IMG/VR virus record: IMGVR_UViG_3300010160_000036
Coordinates: 1-64,000 of that record
From: a virus
Reading direction: 5' to 3' (one strand)
DNA: 64,000 bases
Shown here piece after piece: positions 52,389 to 62,299 of the stretch (positions are counted from its first letter, which is position 1; each line of letters begins with the position of its first letter). The translations under genes and the position numbers were made by a program. The notes under the pieces are model-generated. The model was not told the origin of the DNA, made no database searches, and was given only the letters and a program-made list of their open reading frames with translations.

Positions 52389-52532
52389 ATGATGAGTGAA
52401 CAAAAACCAGTTGAAAATAAGACAGAAGTAGGACCTAAACCAGATGAACATGGTGGGTTTTACTTCAGCTCATTTTTAAAGATTATAGATCCGGAAACAC
52501 AAGAAGTTCTGGTTCAAACAAGAGGCGATTAA
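52389..52532 (+). CDS. 47-aa protein missing from the ORF track
   Basis: MMSEQKPVENKTEVGPKPDEHGGFYFSSFLKIIDPETQEVLVQTRGD*; ATAAATA at 52380-52386; stop abuts the next ATG (TAAATG). Confidence 0.7.
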   Translation: MMSEQKPVENKTEVGPKPDEHGGFYFSSFLKIIDPETQEVLVQTRGD

Positions 52533-53153
52533 ATGTCAGGAATACAATTAACATATAAAATTGAGGGTTTTATTAAAATCCACGATCCCAACACAGGGGA
52601 AGTTCTAGTGGACAAAAAGAACGCTATCAATTATGAAAATATGTCAGAAGCTATTGCTGACACACTAAGCAGTCGTGGTTACGGAGAAATTTATCAAATG
52701 GCGTTTGGGAACGGTGGTGCAAGCGTAGATGAAACAGGCGTTATCACATATCTACCCCCAAACACAACTGGTCAAAATGCTGCACTATACAATGAAACCT
52801 ACGCTAAAATCGTTGACGATACTAGCGTTTTCAACTTAGATCCTACACGTAACAAAATGACGGTTTCACACACTGTTGGTACTGTGTATACAGACATTTT
52901 AGTACAGTGTTTGTTAGATTACGGTGAGCCAGCAGGGCAGGCAGCGTTTGACAATAGCACTCAAACTGATTCTAGCTATATCTTTGATGAACTAGGATTA
53001 TTAGCAAATTACGGAACAGACAACGCAGGAAATGTCATCACACGACTATTAACTCATGTTATTTTCCACCCAGTTCAAAAAAGCTTGAACAGACAGATTC
53101 AAATTGATTACACCGTCAGAATTCAGGCGCTAACAAACTTAGTTACAATCTAA
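52533..53153 (+). CDS. Baseplate structural protein (gp8 position)
   Basis: MAFGNGG and FDELGL...LLTHVIFHPVQKSLNRQIQIDYTVRI motifs; synteny after the giant wedge gene. Confidence 0.55.
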   Translation: MSGIQLTYKIEGFIKIHDPNTGEVLVDKKNAINYENMSEAIADTLSSRGYGEIYQMAFGNGGASVDETGVITYLPPNTTGQNAALYNETYAKIVDDTSVFNLDPTRNKMTVSHTVGTVYTDILVQCLLDYGEPAGQAAFDNSTQTDSSYIFDELGLLANYGTDNAGNVITRLLTHVIFHPVQKSLNRQIQIDYTVRIQALTNLVTI

Positions 53154-53183
53154 GATAAATAAGATATAATCGGAGTTATATAA

Positions 53184-54401
53184 ATGGCATATACAATAGT
53201 TAAAAGTGATGGAACAGTATTAACTACTATCGCTGATGGAACAATTAATACTACTAGCACCTCTTTAGGGTTGCCTGGTAGAAACTACGCAGGGTATGGT
53301 CAGCAATTAGATACTAACTTTGTGCACCAAATAGAAAATTTTGCGTCAACAACCCCGCCAGCAAACCCTCTAAGAGGTCAGTTATGGTATGATATCAACA
53401 ATACCTTGTTGAAATTATGCCCAACTGACGGGACTTCAAACGCTAATGCCTGGATAACTATTGCAGTTAGTTCTGGAACATCAACCACAACATTTGGTTC
53501 TGTCAACGTAACCGGTAATTTGACTGCAAATAACGTTATTGCTGTTAATGGTTTATACGGAGACACAATCACTGTTCGTTTAGCTACAGTAACATCACTT
53601 GCAACTATTGCAAACGCTAACATTACTACAGCAAACATTGGTACATTAAACACAGCAGTTATTAACGCTGGAGTAGCAAACACAACGACAGGTACATTGA
53701 CTGGTACATGGACAGCAAACGGTGGCGCATCCGGTAACACATTCATTGTTACTAACGGTAACTTAGTCGCTATCACCGGTATCAAAACAGATAACTATTA
53801 CTATGCTAATGGTGGCCCGTTCAATCCAACCGGTACATACACAAACGGTAACGTTTTTGACTATCTAACTGGTGCAAATGCAATCGTTCAATTTACTGGA
53901 AACATTGCCCCTACAAAAATTACAACAACTAATATTACTACAGGAAGTAATGTTACTAGTGGTACAATGACAGGCAACTTCACATTGACAGCAGGTTCAC
54001 GATTTAACGCAACATATGCTGACTTGGCAGAACGATTTGAAGCAGATGCATATTATGATGCAGGAACTGTAGTTGAAATGGGCGGAGACAAAGAAATTAC
54101 TGCGGTGCAATACGAACTGTCAGACGATGTATTTGGTGTTGTATCTGATACAGCAGCCTACTTGATGAATGCCGGCGCCGGTGACGACAGTACACACCCG
54201 CCAATCGCAGTTGGTGGCCGTGTTAAAGTTAAAGTAACTGGTAAAGTTAAAAAAGGTCAACGTTTAGTTTCTGCTGGTAATGGCATCGCACGTGCAGCCA
54301 AACTAGGGGAAGCAACAGCATTCAACATCATTGGTCGTGCATTGGAACACAAAACAACAGATGATTTGGGTATTGTGGAAGCATTCGTTAAAATAAATTA
54401 A
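53184..54401 (+). CDS. Short fibre/spike with C-terminal peptidase-G2-like autoproteolytic chaperone
   Basis: N-terminal GRNYAGYG...ENFA...GQLWYD attachment motif; YADLAE...GTVV...GVVS...GRVKVKV.G.VKKG..LV pattern; ATAAATA at 53155-53161. Confidence 0.7.
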   Translation: MAYTIVKSDGTVLTTIADGTINTTSTSLGLPGRNYAGYGQQLDTNFVHQIENFASTTPPANPLRGQLWYDINNTLLKLCPTDGTSNANAWITIAVSSGTSTTTFGSVNVTGNLTANNVIAVNGLYGDTITVRLATVTSLATIANANITTANIGTLNTAVINAGVANTTTGTLTGTWTANGGASGNTFIVTNGNLVAITGIKTDNYYYANGGPFNPTGTYTNGNVFDYLTGANAIVQFTGNIAPTKITTTNITTGSNVTSGTMTGNFTLTAGSRFNATYADLAERFEADAYYDAGTVVEMGGDKEITAVQYELSDDVFGVVSDTAAYLMNAGAGDDSTHPPIAVGGRVKVKVTGKVKKGQRLVSAGNGIARAAKLGEATAFNIIGRALEHKTTDDLGIVEAFVKIN

Positions 54402-54411
54402 GGGATAATAG

Positions 54412-55365
54412 ATGAGCTACGCACAATTTCAAACAATAGCAGCCGCAGACTTTAACGGTCTAGTTGGTGCAAACCCCGGAAGTACGGCAAACGTGTTAAA
54501 CACTGTTTGGGCAACAGGTTCTGTAGCAGCCGGGTATGGACAAACTGCTGAGGGAAATGTTGCAGTGGGTGATACCATTACTGCTATCAAGTGGGCTAAC
54601 TTAGTTAATAAAACTGCAAGCGCAGCAACACACCAAGGGTCAAGTATTACTGCTGTTAGTGCCCCGGTTACAGGTGGAACAATTACATACCTGTCAGCTA
54701 TCCCAACTAACTTAACTACAATTTATTCTAATAAGGCAAATGCTTCACCTGCACACAGTACAACAACTGCTAACACAGCTACTACAGTAGCTACTTGGAC
54801 TGACATTGCAACATTTACTCATACCGTTACATTCGCTAACGGTGATGCTACTCGTTATTTCTTCAACTCAGGTGGACAATTAGCAGTTACTGTTGCACAT
54901 CCTTCAGGAACTGGTATCAATTTGCTTTTAAACAATTTATGTTCAAATGTTGGTACAGTGGTATTAAGCTCACCTGTATCTGGTACAGCAAGTATTGCAG
55001 GTACGTCTTACAACGGTGTGACACGTATAGGTGGAGGTGGCAATGCTCCAACTATTGCTACTAACACTGGATATTATGCATTGACAACAGCCAATGCAAA
55101 CGTTTATTATCAAACTGCATCAACTGGCCCGGCTGGTTACCTATCAACTAACATTAATATCTTTATTAAAACTAATGGTACAGTTGGGTCAAACGGTGAC
55201 GTAGGTAACATTGTGACCATCACTACGGTTTGGGATGAAATTCCAAACGGGTTAATAGTCGCATCTGGTTCTACTACTACTGTTACAGCTAGGGTCCCGG
55301 AAACAACCAACTTAGCCAACAGTTGGGGAACTATTTCCCTAGCAGGCTCTGTAACACAATCTTAA
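54412..55365 (+). CDS. Thr/Ala-rich virion structural protein
   Basis: GYGQ and TRYFFNSGGQ motifs; AAGGGA RBS; in the fibre module. Confidence 0.55.
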   Translation: MSYAQFQTIAAADFNGLVGANPGSTANVLNTVWATGSVAAGYGQTAEGNVAVGDTITAIKWANLVNKTASAATHQGSSITAVSAPVTGGTITYLSAIPTNLTTIYSNKANASPAHSTTTANTATTVATWTDIATFTHTVTFANGDATRYFFNSGGQLAVTVAHPSGTGINLLLNNLCSNVGTVVLSSPVSGTASIAGTSYNGVTRIGGGGNAPTIATNTGYYALTTANANVYYQTASTGPAGYLSTNINIFIKTNGTVGSNGDVGNIVTITTVWDEIPNGLIVASGSTTTVTARVPETTNLANSWGTISLAGSVTQS

Positions 55366-55390
55366 TTTTTATCAACGTCTTGGTATCTAT

Positions 55391-55397
55391 CTAAATA
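55391..55397 (+). promoter_or_regulatory. Late promoter box CTAAATA for the modification operon
   Basis: CTAAATA, then AGGAG RBS and ATG 55415. Confidence 0.65.
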
Positions 55398-55414
55398 CTC
55401 TTAGGAGTACACAG

Positions 55415-55720
55415 ATGGATACCAAGACCTTAATTGCTGATGCAAAAGCCAGATTTAATCACAACAGTGCCAAAGCACAATTAAAAGACAAATATGATGG
55501 TAAGTTTATTGTTGCCGATCAAGGAGGACTATGGAAAGCCAATTTAGAAATCATTACTATCCTTAGTTCTTATGATGAAGATGATATTATATTAATAGAC
55601 AATTTTGATAATCCGGTTAAAGTTAACCGCATTGAGTTACTAACTAAATTAAAAATTACATATAAATCTGTAATGGAAACATGGTATACTGAATGGAAAG
55701 AAATAGAGTCTAATCGATGA
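55415..55720 (+). CDS. Hypothetical protein, first gene of the modification operon
   Basis: 101 aa, AGGAG RBS, ATGA overlap with the next gene. Confidence 0.6.
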   Translation: MDTKTLIADAKARFNHNSAKAQLKDKYDGKFIVADQGGLWKANLEIITILSSYDEDDIILIDNFDNPVKVNRIELLTKLKITYKSVMETWYTEWKEIESNR

Positions 55721-56517
55721 ACAGAGGCGCAATATTATTTGCGTTCAACTCGCCAAAGTTTGATTACTATAAAATGGCAGTTGCTACTGCAAAAAGAATC
55801 AATCACTTTTTAAATATTCCTGTTACTGTGGTGACAGATGAAAAGTCCATCACGGACCAAACATATGTATTTGATAAAGTAATTACGATGACACCTGATC
55901 TTAATAACATACGTGAGGGATCTATTTGGATTAATAAAGGTCGTTATCAAGCATATGATTATTCACCGTATGATGAAACATTATTATTAGATACAGACTA
56001 TATGGTCAACTCAAATAAGCTGTTACAAGTATTTAATTATTATGATGATTTTTGTTGTCATGATACAACTAGTTTTCTAATGCAGCCCGGAGTACCACAA
56101 GAGATTCTTAGTGCATATAGTTTTAAAACATTATGGGCTACTATTGTTGCATTTAAAAAAACAAATAGAGCTAAACAAATATTTGAATGTTTAGAAATGA
56201 TTCAAAAAAACTATGATCACTATTGTAATCTACATAGTTTTGTAGGCGGTGTATATCGCAACGATTACGCATTGACATTGGCACTTAGAATTGCGAATGG
56301 GCATTCGGATAATAAACAAGATATTATTCCTTGGAATTTAATTCATGTGGGTAAAAACACAAGCATATATAAAAACTTCAATTATGAGTTTAACACTGAA
56401 TACACAGTTATGTATGATAATTGGCAACGTGGTAAAATTCGTAAAGAATATATTACTATCAAAGACATGGACTTTCATGTAATGAATAAATTAAACTTTA
56501 TGGAGCTTATAACATGA
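55717..56517 (+). CDS. GT-A fold glycosyltransferase-like protein
   Basis: RGAILFA N-terminal strand, SPYDETLLLDTDY with DxD, RND motif, C-terminal FHVMNK. Confidence 0.7.
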   Translation: MNRGAILFAFNSPKFDYYKMAVATAKRINHFLNIPVTVVTDEKSITDQTYVFDKVITMTPDLNNIREGSIWINKGRYQAYDYSPYDETLLLDTDYMVNSNKLLQVFNYYDDFCCHDTTSFLMQPGVPQEILSAYSFKTLWATIVAFKKTNRAKQIFECLEMIQKNYDHYCNLHSFVGGVYRNDYALTLALRIANGHSDNKQDIIPWNLIHVGKNTSIYKNFNYEFNTEYTVMYDNWQRGKIRKEYITIKDMDFHVMNKLNFMELIT

Positions 56518-57275
56518 CCAAAGGTTTTGTAATTATGGCACAGGATACTGAAAAAGTCAGTTATACGAAATGTGCTGAAATGTTAAAAAAATCTATATTA
56601 AGCGTGATGGCGGGGGCTAATGTAACTATCATCACAACTGATATGCTACCCCACGGCGATCAAGCACCTGGTAGTAATTGGAAATTAATCAATGATTGGC
56701 AAGTATATGAAGCTAGCCCATATGATGAAACAATTAAATTAGAAGCAGATATGTATCTACCGCGTAATATTGAACACTGGTGGAATATATTGTCAATTAA
56801 CGATGTAAATATTTGCACGACTATTAGAAACTTTAAAGGTGAGATTTCTCATAACAGAGGGTACAGAAAGTTCATTGATGATAACAACTTACCTGACACT
56901 TACAATGCTATCACTTACTTTAAAAAGTCAGATACCGCAGAACAGTTCTTTGGTATTGTTAGAGATGTGTTTGAAAATTGGGAAGATTATAAGACAATAA
57001 TGAAATGTAATCCACAGGAAGAAGCAACAACTGATTGGGTATATGCCATAGCAAGTCATATTGTTGGTGTAGAGAAAACCACTCTTCCCGGCTTTACCGA
57101 ATTTTGTATGACACACATGAAGCAATTCATTAATGACATGCCCACTGAGAATTGGACAGACACATTAGTATATGAATGTTTTCCTGATATGATACGCATC
57201 AACACTTGTCCACAGTCTTACCCACTTCACTATCATGTTAAGAGCTTTGTTGATATAATAGGAGAACAAGTCTAA
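56514..57275 (+). CDS. GT-A fold glycosyltransferase-like protein, paralogue of 55717..56517
   Basis: KGFVIMA, SPYDETIKLEADM (ExD), C-terminal LHYHVK. Confidence 0.65.
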   Translation: MTKGFVIMAQDTEKVSYTKCAEMLKKSILSVMAGANVTIITTDMLPHGDQAPGSNWKLINDWQVYEASPYDETIKLEADMYLPRNIEHWWNILSINDVNICTTIRNFKGEISHNRGYRKFIDDNNLPDTYNAITYFKKSDTAEQFFGIVRDVFENWEDYKTIMKCNPQEEATTDWVYAIASHIVGVEKTTLPGFTEFCMTHMKQFINDMPTENWTDTLVYECFPDMIRINTCPQSYPLHYHVKSFVDIIGEQV

Positions 57276-57610
57276 TGGAACACGTACTTATTTGGGAACC
57301 CAAACCAATACCTAAAGTTGAATTTAGATTATATTATGACGACAAGGGTAAAGTGATATGTTATTCCGGAGAGCAATTAGACGGTAATTATATCATTATA
57401 GATGCCGCAACATATGCAGAAGGTCGCCCTGATATAAGGATTATTGATGGTAAAATATCAAAAGCATCTACAAGTGCAATAGTTACTAAGTTAATTGCAA
57501 ATGATGTTGAAGGGATTGAGTGTGCATTTGAAGATGTAAGCATAGTGATTGATAGTAGTTATATTGGTAAAAAACAAAAATGGAAGTTAGATATACATGA
57601 GCTTGGATGA
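57275..57610 (+). CDS. Hypothetical protein
   Basis: 111 aa, TAATG-coupled within the operon. Confidence 0.6.
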   Translation: MEHVLIWEPKPIPKVEFRLYYDDKGKVICYSGEQLDGNYIIIDAATYAEGRPDIRIIDGKISKASTSAIVTKLIANDVEGIECAFEDVSIVIDSSYIGKKQKWKLDIHELG

Positions 57611-58550
57611 TATTATTGACGTAGCAGACTTGGACTGCATTTATCTAAGTTATGATGAGCCACAAAAAGAAGAATTTTGGCTTAAAGTAAAGAACATGGT
57701 GCCTTGGGCAAAGCGTGTTGATAATGTTAAAGGTAGTGACGCAGCACACAAGGCTGCAGGTGAAGCAAGTGATACAGAACGATTTATTCTAATTGATGGT
57801 GACAACATGCCAGAAGAAAGTTTCTTCAACATTCAGTTAGACTTTACAACTAAAGACGAAACATTTAGAAAAGCACAGTTTAGATGGAAAGCAATTAACA
57901 GTATCAATGGCTTGCGCTATGGTAATGGTGGTATGAGCAGTTGGACAAAGACTTACGTGCGTGAAATGCAAACGCATGAGCATCAAACGGAGGGTGATGT
58001 TTCACGTATAGCTGACTTTTGTTTAGACAGCAAAGATAATCTATATTGGGCGATGCATGATTGTTACAGTACAACATATCCTAACTATACAAGTTTTCAA
58101 GCATGGCGTGCAGGTTTCCGTGAAGGTGTTAAAATGAGTTTGAATCGAGGCGTGCGCCCAACGGTAGATGAATTCAAAGAAACAGTTGCAAGCAGAAATT
58201 TAAATAATTTGACCATCTGGCAGAACGTGGGAATAGATGTAGAGAACGGTGAGTGGGCGATCATGGGAGCACGTATGGGAACTCATATGACTATGCTAAC
58301 TGATTGGGACGTACATAATGTTCAATGGTTTGATAACTATCCTGCAATGTGGGAAACAGTTAAAGATGAAGACCCACTAGAACTATCAGAATCATATGGT
58401 GTTGAACTAAGTACCAAACTAGGACTACCTATGTGTGTGTTAGATAGAGAACAAAGTAAATTCTTTAAACGTCATTATGGATCAAACTTTCATAACAAAG
58501 GTCCATTAGTAACTGAGATGGAAGTGATTCGTAAGATTGAAGGTTGGTAA
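57597..58550 (+). CDS. Glycosyltransferase-like (GT-A/nucleotide-diphospho-sugar) protein
   Basis: IYLSYDEP...RVDNVKGSDAAHKAA...FILIDGDN (DxD), YGNGG, AWRAGFREGVK motifs. Confidence 0.6.
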   Translation: MSLDDIIDVADLDCIYLSYDEPQKEEFWLKVKNMVPWAKRVDNVKGSDAAHKAAGEASDTERFILIDGDNMPEESFFNIQLDFTTKDETFRKAQFRWKAINSINGLRYGNGGMSSWTKTYVREMQTHEHQTEGDVSRIADFCLDSKDNLYWAMHDCYSTTYPNYTSFQAWRAGFREGVKMSLNRGVRPTVDEFKETVASRNLNNLTIWQNVGIDVENGEWAIMGARMGTHMTMLTDWDVHNVQWFDNYPAMWETVKDEDPLELSESYGVELSTKLGLPMCVLDREQSKFFKRHYGSNFHNKGPLVTEMEVIRKIEGW

Positions 58551-59212
58551 TGCAATTATATGATCCATCTAAGAAAGGTACAATCGTAGTTGGACATATG
58601 CGTTCAGGTTCTCAATATTTATTGAGTCTAGTTAAACTAGAATTGCAAAAAAATAATGTTGAATTTGATGACAACGGAGAATACTTTAAAGATATATTCA
58701 GTGCCATTAGATATACTGATAATAGTTACTCATTCTTAAATGTTATTGACAAAATAAAAGAACAGGACATTGGTACTAATTATAGTGTGGGTACTATTGT
58801 CTATCCTAATAGCTTAGATATGATTAGTCAGCATAAGTCAAATTATAATTATTTTTCTAATAATTATCATCTTATTAAAATGATTAGAAAAGATGTTATG
58901 GCACAATTTATGTCATACATGATATTTATTGAATCAAAGGCACTACATAGCGGTATAAAATCAATAGACGAAGTTAAAATAAATACTCCTTATACAGCAG
59001 GCAGAATTCATATAATATATTATTTAAATAAACTATTAGAATTGGACAGATTTAAGACTGATACAACTATATACTATGAAGATTTACCGCACTTACCCAC
59101 ACCAGGTCTAACAAAAAATAATTATAATATGACTCCTAAAGAATTTTTTAAAAATTACGATGATATTGCAAATCAAATTAACGAATTAAATATAACACAT
59201 TATGAGCGGTGA
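58550..59212 (+). CDS. Sulfotransferase-like (Stf0/P-loop type) protein
   Basis: HMRSGSQYL (5'-PSB-like), RKDVMAQFMS (3'-PB-like), YYEDL; start ATG 58550 (TAATG). Confidence 0.55.
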   Translation: MQLYDPSKKGTIVVGHMRSGSQYLLSLVKLELQKNNVEFDDNGEYFKDIFSAIRYTDNSYSFLNVIDKIKEQDIGTNYSVGTIVYPNSLDMISQHKSNYNYFSNNYHLIKMIRKDVMAQFMSYMIFIESKALHSGIKSIDEVKINTPYTAGRIHIIYYLNKLLELDRFKTDTTIYYEDLPHLPTPGLTKNNYNMTPKEFFKNYDDIANQINELNITHYER

Positions 59213-60767
59213 ATACGATCAATTCGCTAGAGATATGCGTGACCGCTTGAATGCGGTAAGTCCATCACTATGTCTTGCTAAGTGGCAACAAGTTTCTATA
59301 CACTTACCTAGTGGATTGACACAGAGTTGCTATCACCCACCTACTCATAAAATACCTCTAGAGTTATTGAAAGATAAGCCTAGCGTATTACACAACACCC
59401 CAATTAAAATACATGAACGTAAGCAAATGCTTGAGGGAAAAAGACCTGAAGGTTGTAGTTATTGCTGGAAAGTAGAAGATGCTAAGAGTGATGATCCTAA
59501 AGGTCATATGAGTGACAGACATTATCGTAGCAGTGAATGGTGGAATGCACCCACATTTGAAGAAGTAACTCAAAACAAGTTTGATTATGATGTTGTCCCT
59601 CGATATGTAGAAGTTAACTTTAATCAAGCATGTAACTTTAAGTGTATGTATTGTAGTCCTCATCTTTCTAGTAGTTGGGAAGAAGAGGTTAAAAAGCACG
59701 GTGGTTATCAATTAACCGGTATGATACATAATAACTTAGAAGCATTAGAACAAAAAGGAATGATGCCACTCAAGGTTGCAAATAAAGACAACCCCTATGT
59801 TGAAGCATTCTGGCAATGGTTTCCTGAAATCTATCGCAAATTACGGGTGTTCAGAATGACAGGTGGCGAGCCACTTATGGACAAAAACACATTCAAAGTG
59901 TTAGATTATGTAAATGAAAATCCTCATGGTCAACTTGAAGTAAGTATAACAAGTAATATGTGTCCGCCGGATCAAAAATTGTTTGATAGGTTTGTGGATA
60001 AAGTCAAAGCACTAGAAGAACTACGTACCTACGAAGATAAAGAAAACTTCAATGTACATAGCGGTAACAACTGGTATGTAGACAAAGGATTCAAGCACTT
60101 TTGGTTGTTTGTATCATTAGACGGCTTTGGTGAGCAAGCAGAATATATGAGAACTGGATTAGAGTTCGAACGCATGTTGAATAACGTTAGAACTTTCTTA
60201 CGTGAAACAAAATATTCTACTGTGAGTTTTATTAACACATTCAATATCATGTCTATACCAAGTCTGCACAATTTCCTAGCTATGGTTTTAGAATTACGGG
60301 CAGAGTTTGGTGGAAGAAGCCAAGTTGAGTTTGAGATTAGTCCTGATCAAACTGAGACTGAAAAAGAGAACAACATTGTTCACAAAGTTTATACCCAAAA
60401 AAAATATCAACGTGTATTCTTTGATATTCCAATACTAAGATATCCACCTTGGTTCAACATTCAGAATGCAGGACTATATGGTATCGATGAAGTAGAACGT
60501 TGTCTAAAGTATATGGAAGACAACGTACAAGGTGATGACTATCTGGAAACATTTGAGGGATTTAAACCGTATGAGATATTGAAAATTAAACGAGACCTTG
60601 CTATAATGAAAGAATCTCTACCTCAAGATCAATTACTACTAAATAAAAAGAACTTCTATATGTTCATCACTGAATATGATAGACGCAGGCAGACTAATTT
60701 TATGGAAACGTTTCCGGAACTAAAAAGTTACTGGAGAGAATGTATCAAAGCACACACCAAACATTAA
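59202..60767 (+). CDS. Radical SAM enzyme with N-terminal twitch/SPASM-like domain
   Basis: CNFKCMYC, TGGEPL, VSLDG; N-terminal CLAKW...SCYH...CSYCW. Confidence 0.9.
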   Translation: MSGEYDQFARDMRDRLNAVSPSLCLAKWQQVSIHLPSGLTQSCYHPPTHKIPLELLKDKPSVLHNTPIKIHERKQMLEGKRPEGCSYCWKVEDAKSDDPKGHMSDRHYRSSEWWNAPTFEEVTQNKFDYDVVPRYVEVNFNQACNFKCMYCSPHLSSSWEEEVKKHGGYQLTGMIHNNLEALEQKGMMPLKVANKDNPYVEAFWQWFPEIYRKLRVFRMTGGEPLMDKNTFKVLDYVNENPHGQLEVSITSNMCPPDQKLFDRFVDKVKALEELRTYEDKENFNVHSGNNWYVDKGFKHFWLFVSLDGFGEQAEYMRTGLEFERMLNNVRTFLRETKYSTVSFINTFNIMSIPSLHNFLAMVLELRAEFGGRSQVEFEISPDQTETEKENNIVHKVYTQKKYQRVFFDIPILRYPPWFNIQNAGLYGIDEVERCLKYMEDNVQGDDYLETFEGFKPYEILKIKRDLAIMKESLPQDQLLLNKKNFYMFITEYDRRRQTNFMETFPELKSYWRECIKAHTKH

Positions 60768-60775
60768 GGAATAAA

Positions 60776-62299
60776 ATGGCAGGCAAGAAACACGAAGAAT
60801 CATTTGCACAATATAAATCACGACTTATTGACCCAATTAGTGACAGTTATTGTGCCGCTAAATGGTTGAATGCTACAATTTGGCTAGGTAACGGACAAAC
60901 TACTAGTTGTCATCACCCATTAGGTCATCAAATTGACGCAAAAGAATTACTCACAAATCCGTCTGCAATTCACAATACGCCGCACAAGAAACTAATGCGT
61001 AAGATGATGCAGGAAGGTCAGCGCCCTCAAGAATGTGAATATTGCTGGAAGATTGAAGACATTGGTCGGGATAACATGAGTGACCGTGTTTATAAAACTG
61101 CTGTATTCGAAGAATCAGATATTCTTAAAACTGCTACCGCTGATTGGCAAGAGAATACGATGTTAAAAACATTAGAGATTTCTTTTGATCGTACTTGTAA
61201 TTTTGCTTGTTCATATTGCAACCCTTCGTTTAGTACAACATGGGTTAAAGACATTCACAAATTTGGCCCATATCGTAACATTGACGGTGATGCACGTAGT
61301 CACTTTATTAATGAAGCTGACCATGCTAAACCACTACCGGAAGATATTAACCCATACAGTCAAGCGTTCTGGCGTTGGTGGGAAGAAGGTCTTGCAGACA
61401 ATTTAGAAGAAATTCGCATTACGGGTGGTGAACCACTTATGGCTCCCGGTGTTTGGAAGTTGTTTGAGTGGTTTCGTAATAACCAAGAACGGGCGATAAA
61501 TCGTCCAGATGGTAAGGTATTGCGCTATGCTATCAATAGTAACTTAGTTCCTAAAGATGATATTATGGACAAATTGATAGAGTACAGTCAGTTTGTTCCT
61601 TACATGGAAGTCTATACAAGTTGTGAATCATTTGGTGCTCATGCTGAATACATTCGTGATGGACTTGATTGTAACAAATGGATTCATAACTTAGGTAGAT
61701 TACACACTGAAGGTAATATTAAAAAGACACACATGATGATGACTATCAACAGCTTGTGTTTGGCTAGCATTGTACAATTTATGGACCAGATGATGGAATT
61801 TAAAAAGATTCATAATACAGTTTATCCCACAATGAGTTTGAACATCTTGCGTTTCCCTAGCTTTCAAAGTTGTGCTATGCTGCCAACAGAGATTCGTCAG
61901 AAATATAAAGACCTGCTACAAGTATGGTTAGACAATCAGATTGCTATGGATTTCCGCACTACTGATGGTAAACAAATGTTTATGAGCATTGAACGTGAAC
62001 AAACACAACGATTGATTGACTACCTTGACGTTATCAAGACACCACACAAGAATGTTAAAGACATTGAACAGAATCGTAGAGACTTTAAGCAGTTCTATGC
62101 TCAGTATGATGTCCGTCGTGGTAAAAGCTTCCGTAATACTTTCCCACCAGAGTTTGTTGCATTCTACGATAGTATTCAAACAGAGTTACCAACGGCGGAT
62201 GAAATCATCACACAGAATTATCGTCAAGGGGTTGATTTAATCCCTGATCATCCACCGGAAGATCCTAGTAAAGATGTATTCTTTAACCCAGATTTATAA
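60776..62299 (+). CDS. Radical SAM enzyme with N-terminal twitch/SPASM-like domain
   Basis: CNFACSYC, TGGEPL; CAAKW...SCHH...CEYCW; start ATG 60776 with AAGGA. Confidence 0.9.
   Translation: MAGKKHEESFAQYKSRLIDPISDSYCAAKWLNATIWLGNGQTTSCHHPLGHQIDAKELLTNPSAIHNTPHKKLMRKMMQEGQRPQECEYCWKIEDIGRDNMSDRVYKTAVFEESDILKTATADWQENTMLKTLEISFDRTCNFACSYCNPSFSTTWVKDIHKFGPYRNIDGDARSHFINEADHAKPLPEDINPYSQAFWRWWEEGLADNLEEIRITGGEPLMAPGVWKLFEWFRNNQERAINRPDGKVLRYAINSNLVPKDDIMDKLIEYSQFVPYMEVYTSCESFGAHAEYIRDGLDCNKWIHNLGRLHTEGNIKKTHMMMTINSLCLASIVQFMDQMMEFKKIHNTVYPTMSLNILRFPSFQSCAMLPTEIRQKYKDLLQVWLDNQIAMDFRTTDGKQMFMSIEREQTQRLIDYLDVIKTPHKNVKDIEQNRRDFKQFYAQYDVRRGKSFRNTFPPEFVAFYDSIQTELPTADEIITQNYRQGVDLIPDHPPEDPSKDVFFNPDL

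Noticed and set aside
1-55365. Diversity-generating retroelement or invertible fibre cassette
   Set aside because: No reverse transcriptase or recombinase, and no adenine-specific template/variable repeat pair noticed; a manual scan could miss one.
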